Shown here: positions 60,291-64,000 of the stretch, piece by piece | Layout of the letters: every line of letters starts with the position of its first letter | How positions within the stretch are numbered: the first letter of the stretch is position 1 | Assembly: GCA_016872385.1 (NCBI GenBank) | Contig: VGZV01000002.1 | Coordinates: 12,106 to 76,105 of the forward strand | Reading direction: 5' to 3' | Length of the DNA stretch: 64,000 nt | From: SAR202 cluster bacterium | GTDB taxonomy: Bacteria > Chloroflexota > Dehalococcoidia > Lucifugimonadales > UBA3495 | Position numbers and translations under genes: made by a program | Notes under the pieces: generated by a model | Seen by the model: only the letters and a program-made list of their open reading frames with translations | The model's database searches: none | What the model was told of the DNA's origin: nothing

Positions 60291-60983
60291 GTGGAACACG
60301 GACATACCGGGGTTATCGCCGTGGTGCCCATGAAGCCCCTGAGCAGCAGCAAGACCCGCCTGGCCCGCACACTGACGGACCAGGAACGGTTCGACTTGAC
60401 CATTGGAATGCTGCGTTGGGTGGTGACGGCTTCCGTCAGCCAGGTGGATGCCTGCTGGGTGGTGGGCGGCGACGAGCGGGTGCGGTTGGCCACGGAAGAT
60501 GCCGGCGGCGTTTGGCGGCAGGACCTGGGCAAAGACCTGAACGAGACACTGGCCCTGGCCTTTCAGCGGGTCTTTAACCAGGGGCGGGCAGGGCTGTACC
60601 TGGCCGGAGACCTGCCTTTTCTCAAGTCCGCAGACGTGCACAACATGATCCAGTCCTCCCGCCGCAACACCAACATCACCCTGGCCCCGGCCCGCAAGGA
60701 CAGCGGCACCAACTCCATCCTGGTGCCCAGGGGACTGCCTTTCCAGCCCGAGCTTGGCCCCCGCAGTTTCCAGCGCCACTTGGCCCAGTCGGCGCGGCTG
60801 GGCGTTTCAGTGGCCATGTGTTACAGCCCCGGCCTGGGTTTTGACCTGGACACCTTTGACGACCTGGAGACTTACGAAAGCATGGAGCCAGGCCTGCTGG
60901 CGCGCCTGGTCCCGTCCTGGGCCGAACCTTCCTCCGGACTGCCTTCCAAGCCCCTGTTCCCGCCGGGCGGCAACCGTGAGTGA
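60291..60983 (+). CDS. cofC: 2-phospho-L-lactate (or PEP) guanylyltransferase
   Basis: GTG 2 nt after the cofD stop. IAVVPMKPLSSSKTRL motif and MobA-like fold length. Confidence 0.75.
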   Translation: MEHGHTGVIAVVPMKPLSSSKTRLARTLTDQERFDLTIGMLRWVVTASVSQVDACWVVGGDERVRLATEDAGGVWRQDLGKDLNETLALAFQRVFNQGRAGLYLAGDLPFLKSADVHNMIQSSRRNTNITLAPARKDSGTNSILVPRGLPFQPELGPRSFQRHLAQSARLGVSVAMCYSPGLGFDLDTFDDLETYESMEPGLLARLVPSWAEPSSGLPSKPLFPPGGNRE

Positions 60984-61944
60984 ACCGCAGCCAAAGCTGG
61001 GGGTGCTGCTGCCCACCCGCGGCCTGCTGTTCCGGCTAGGCCCGCCGGAAGATGCGGAGCTGCTTTTCCGCATGGCCCGGCGCGCCGAAGCTGCAGGGCT
61101 GGACTCGGTCTGGGTAGGCGACAGTCTCACCGCCAAGCCTCGCCTGGAGCCATTCACCACTCTGGCCGCGGTGGCGGCCCAGACCCAGCGGGTGCGCCTG
61201 GGCACTGCGGTGCTGTTAATAGCCCTGCGCCACCCGGTGCTGCTGGCCCAGACCCTGGCCACCGTGGACCTGATTTCCCGGGGCCGGCTCGTAGTGGCCG
61301 CCGGAATTGGCGGGGCTTTCAACGCCGCCCAGCAACAGGAGTGGTGCAACGCCGGAGTAGTTCCCGCGCAGCGCGCCCGGCGGCTGGAAGAAATGATGCA
61401 GGTGGTCAAGGGGCTGGGTTCTGGCCGGCCCTTCACCTTTCACGGGCGGCATTTTGACCTGGATAATGTGGCGATGGAGCCTTTGCCGGTGCAACCTGGC
61501 GGGGTGCCCATTTTGCTGGCCTGCCACGGACGCTTCCGCAACCAACGCCAGTACCGCCGCGCCGCCCGCCTGGCCGACGGCGTCATGTCCATCTCCGACA
61601 CACCGGAGGAGTATGCTGGCATGTTGGTACAGGTCCGCGGCCTGGCCGAGGAGCAGGGCCGGGACCCAAAGTCGCTGCAATCCGCCATGTACCTTACCGT
61701 GAACGTTGACCAGGATATCCGCCGGGCTGAGACTGAGGCTGAGGCGTACCTCATGTCTTACTATGGGGCGAATATCTGGGGCAACCGCTGGGGGCCTTTT
61801 GGCGATGCCGCCGGGGTATCGGACCGGATTGCTGAGTATGCAGCCGCAGGTGCAGAGACTATCATCGTCAGGTTCGCGGCCCAAGACCCGGAACGGCAAC
61901 TGGAAATCTTCCTGGAGCGGGTGGCCCCAGCGTTTCTGACCTGA
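60976..61944 (+). CDS. LLM-class (luciferase-like) F420-dependent oxidoreductase
   Basis: Start taken at GTG 60976 (VSEPQPKLGVLLP), overlapping the cofC stop by 8 nt. Luciferase-like pattern (SVWVGDSL, RLGTAVLL). The track start at 60754 lies inside cofC. Confidence 0.75.
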   Translation: MSEPQPKLGVLLPTRGLLFRLGPPEDAELLFRMARRAEAAGLDSVWVGDSLTAKPRLEPFTTLAAVAAQTQRVRLGTAVLLIALRHPVLLAQTLATVDLISRGRLVVAAGIGGAFNAAQQQEWCNAGVVPAQRARRLEEMMQVVKGLGSGRPFTFHGRHFDLDNVAMEPLPVQPGGVPILLACHGRFRNQRQYRRAARLADGVMSISDTPEEYAGMLVQVRGLAEEQGRDPKSLQSAMYLTVNVDQDIRRAETEAEAYLMSYYGANIWGNRWGPFGDAAGVSDRIAEYAAAGAETIIVRFAAQDPERQLEIFLERVAPAFLT

Positions 61945-62745
61945 ATGCACATTCCACTGGAGGTGGAACCGGTGTTTCCCATTGACTTGTCTGGCAAAAA
62001 GGGCGTCGTGCTGGGGGTGGCCAACGACCGGAGCATCGCCTGGGCAGTGACCAGGGCGCTAGCCAAAGCTGGGGCGCGCCTGGCTTTGACGTACCAGAAT
62101 GACCGGCTGAAGGATCGGGTGGAACGGCTGGCTGGCACCCTGGACAGCGCCTTGTTGCTGCCCTGCGACGCCTCCGACGACGGCCAGATAGCCGCCCTGT
62201 TCCAGAAACTTGGACAGGACTTTGGGGAAGTTTCCTTCCTGGTGCACAGCATCGCCTACGCCAACCGCGAAGACCTGGCGGGGGACTTTTACCAGACCAG
62301 CCGGGAGGGTTTCCGCCTGGCCTTGGAGATTAGCGCCTATTCCTTGCTGCCTCTGGTCAAGCACGCCATCCCGCTGATGCCCAAGGGCGGCAGCATCGTC
62401 ACCATGACCTTCAATGCCTCCCAGCAGGTGTATCCTGGGTACAACGTCATGGGCACGGCCAAAGCCGCCCTGGAGCAGGAAGTGCGGCAACTGGCGGGGG
62501 AACTGGGCCAGCGCAACATCCGGGTCAACGCTGTGTCGCCGGGGCCGCTGGAAACCCTGGCCGCCCGGGGCATCCACGGGTTCATGGACATGAAAAGAGT
62601 CCATGCCGAAAGGTCGCCCCTGCGCCGCAACATCACGCCGGATGAAGTGGCCAACACTGCTTTATTCTTATGCAGCGACCTTTCCAGCGGTATCACTGGG
62701 ACGATTATTCCTGTGGACGCAGGCTACCACATCATGGGCGTGTAG
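61945..62745 (+). CDS. fabI: enoyl-ACP reductase (NADH)
   Basis: GKKGVVLGVANDRSIAW and catalytic Y-x6-K (YNVMGTAKAALE). Confidence 0.9.
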   Translation: MHIPLEVEPVFPIDLSGKKGVVLGVANDRSIAWAVTRALAKAGARLALTYQNDRLKDRVERLAGTLDSALLLPCDASDDGQIAALFQKLGQDFGEVSFLVHSIAYANREDLAGDFYQTSREGFRLALEISAYSLLPLVKHAIPLMPKGGSIVTMTFNASQQVYPGYNVMGTAKAALEQEVRQLAGELGQRNIRVNAVSPGPLETLAARGIHGFMDMKRVHAERSPLRRNITPDEVANTALFLCSDLSSGITGTIIPVDAGYHIMGV

Positions 62746-62757
62746 GAGAGTTACCAG

Positions 62758-63600
62758 GTGGCGGTACGCATAGTCACCGACAGCTCCGCAGACTTGCCGC
62801 AGGACCTGGCCCGCCAGTGGGATATTACAGTAGTGCCCTGCAACGTGGTGCTGGGAGACCAAACTTATAAGGACGGGGTGGACCTGTTCCCCAGCGAATT
62901 TTACCGCCGCCTGGCCGCCAGTCCGCGCCTGCCCACCACCTCCCAGCCCTCCGCGGCAGATTTTCAGGCACTGTACCAGCAGCTGCTGGGCCAGGGACAT
63001 CAGGTGGTGTCCATTCACTTGTCAAGCAAGCTCAGCGGCACAGTAAGCACAGCGGAACAGGCCAGAAAGTCCCTGGGCAGCGAGGCGGCGATGTCAGTGG
63101 CGGTGGTGGACTCACGGGTCACGTCCTTGAGCCTAGGGCTACTTTCGGTGGCGGCAGCCCAGCAGGCCGGGCAATCCAACTCGGCCCCGGAACTGGCAAC
63201 CTGGGTGCAGGCGTTGCTGCCCCGCTGCCGCTGCTTTTTCCTGCTGGACACCCTTGAATACCTGCAAAAGGGCGGGCGCATCGGCAAGGCGCAGGCCTTT
63301 GTGGGCTCGCTGCTAAACGTAAAACCCATCCTGACCATCAGGGACGGCGAGGCCCACCCGGTGGAACGCCTGCGCAACCGGCAGCGGGCAGTGGCGCGGC
63401 TGGTGGAATTAGCCCAAGAACTGAAGCCGGTCTCTCATCTGGGAGTAGTCTACAGCACGGAGCCGGAGCAGGCCGAGGCGCTGCGCCGCGCCCTGACCGG
63501 GTTGCAGCCCGAAGAACAGATTGTTACCAGCCAGTTCGGGGCCACCCTGGGCACCTATCTGGGACCGCGCGCCCTGGGCGTGGCACTGATTCAGGGCTGA
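62758..63600 (+). CDS. DegV family fatty-acid-binding protein
   Basis: VRIVTDSSADLP start, SSKLSGT motif, 280 aa. Confidence 0.85.
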   Translation: MAVRIVTDSSADLPQDLARQWDITVVPCNVVLGDQTYKDGVDLFPSEFYRRLAASPRLPTTSQPSAADFQALYQQLLGQGHQVVSIHLSSKLSGTVSTAEQARKSLGSEAAMSVAVVDSRVTSLSLGLLSVAAAQQAGQSNSAPELATWVQALLPRCRCFFLLDTLEYLQKGGRIGKAQAFVGSLLNVKPILTIRDGEAHPVERLRNRQRAVARLVELAQELKPVSHLGVVYSTEPEQAEALRRALTGLQPEEQIVTSQFGATLGTYLGPRALGVALIQG

Positions 63601-63706
63601 TTACCCGCGCCCCGGCCATCGGGGAATAGCGCCACTGTCGCATTATTGCGGCACCACAGAGTCACCTGCCTTTCAGGATTTTTTCATTCCCGGCACTCCC
63701 ACAGGG

Positions 63707-63775
63707 GACGCACCTGCGTGTGCGCCCTCATCAGACCTTCTGGCCACAGGGCAGACACGAAGGTCTGCCCCTACC
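63707..63775. repeat. short intergenic repeat, family C (second copy)
   Basis: CGCACCTGCG ... CAGGGCAGACACGAAGGTCTGCCCCTACC; compare 5344-5401. Confidence 0.65.
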
Positions 63776-63830
63776 TCCGGTGAGAATGAAGAGGTCCTGC
63801 TTGCCTTTTCCGTAGCAGCCGCCAGCCCCA

Positions 63831-63839
63831 TGCTATACT
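63831..63839 (+). promoter_or_regulatory. extended -10 candidate (TGcTATACT) 12 nt before the recG-like ATG
   Basis: No SD in the 12 nt between the motif and ATG 63852, implying a very short or absent leader. Confidence 0.3.
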
Positions 63840-63851
63840 GAATCTGCGCCT

Positions 63852-64000
63852 ATGTCTCCCGCCGCCAATGAAATTCCTCCTGCCTGGGCTGTAACGTTCC
63901 AGAAAATTCTGGAACTGGAAGCTTCCCGTGACTACGACAACCGGGCCGTCGCCGGCGGCCTGGACCGGTTTCTGGAGCGCCAGGGGCCGGAAATGGAAAC
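63852..64000 (+). CDS. recG: probable ATP-dependent DNA helicase RecG, N-terminal fragment (runs off window)
   Basis: MSPAANEIPPAWAVTFQKILELEASRDYDNRAVAGGLDRFLERQ resembles the N-terminal extension of some RecG proteins. Only 49 codons are visible, so this is weak. Confidence 0.35.
   Translation, partial: MSPAANEIPPAWAVTFQKILELEASRDYDNRAVAGGLDRFLERQGPEME

Noticed and set aside
1-64000. Selenoprotein gene (in-frame TGA plus SECIS) or tRNA-Sec near selA.
   Set aside because: I found no pair of same-frame ORFs with recognisable family similarity joined by a single TGA. No tRNA-like sequence appears in the intergenic regions. This was an eye scan, not a covariance-model search, so it is not proof of absence.

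Overview
High-GC bacterial chromosomal segment, densely coded on both strands, with about 65 protein genes. I found no rRNA, tRNA, CRISPR array, transposase, integrase or phage genes.

Most of the window is housekeeping or central metabolism:
- Redox and small-molecule enzymes: trxB (partial), an amidase, a YdiJ-like FAD/Fe-S oxidase, a HIBADH-family dehydrogenase, an acyl-CoA dehydrogenase, glycerate kinase, two tandem M20 amidohydrolases, a thiolase and fabI.
- Regulation and cell division: an ECF sigma/anti-sigma pair and minDE.
- DNA and RNA functions: an EndoQ-like nuclease, rimI, ruvB and the start of recG.
- Cofactor and polyamine pathways: selA, coaE, speH-speB, a cysteine desulfurase and a cofG-cofH-cofD-cofC-LLM F420 block.
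- Transport and utilisation: a GldA/F/G-type ABC cluster with cinA, and lutABC.
- Others: an M50 protease, a DAK2/YloV protein and a DegV protein.

This gene set, plus at least seven families of short palindromic intergenic repeats, suggests a Chloroflexota-like organism. That is inference only.

The least ordinary parts are:
1. A tightly coupled operon, coaE - CbbQ/NorQ-type AAA+ - CoA-type Nudix - 1090-aa NorD/CbbO-like VWA protein, with no recognisable client enzyme nearby.
2. A low-GC islet immediately downstream, holding a 337-aa orphan ORF and a HicB-like remnant.
3. A lipoprotein combining an 18-triplet collagen-like stalk with two tandem cupredoxin-like domains.
4. A set of decayed small toxin-antitoxin-like genes: two in-frame TAG codons and two frameshifts at 4-nt homopolymer runs.
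5. A nested repeat element inserted in-frame in the yloV-like gene.
6. Inverted composite repeats bracketing an ABM monooxygenase gene.

Nothing here can be called a new system from sequence alone. Items 1 and 2 are the best candidates.
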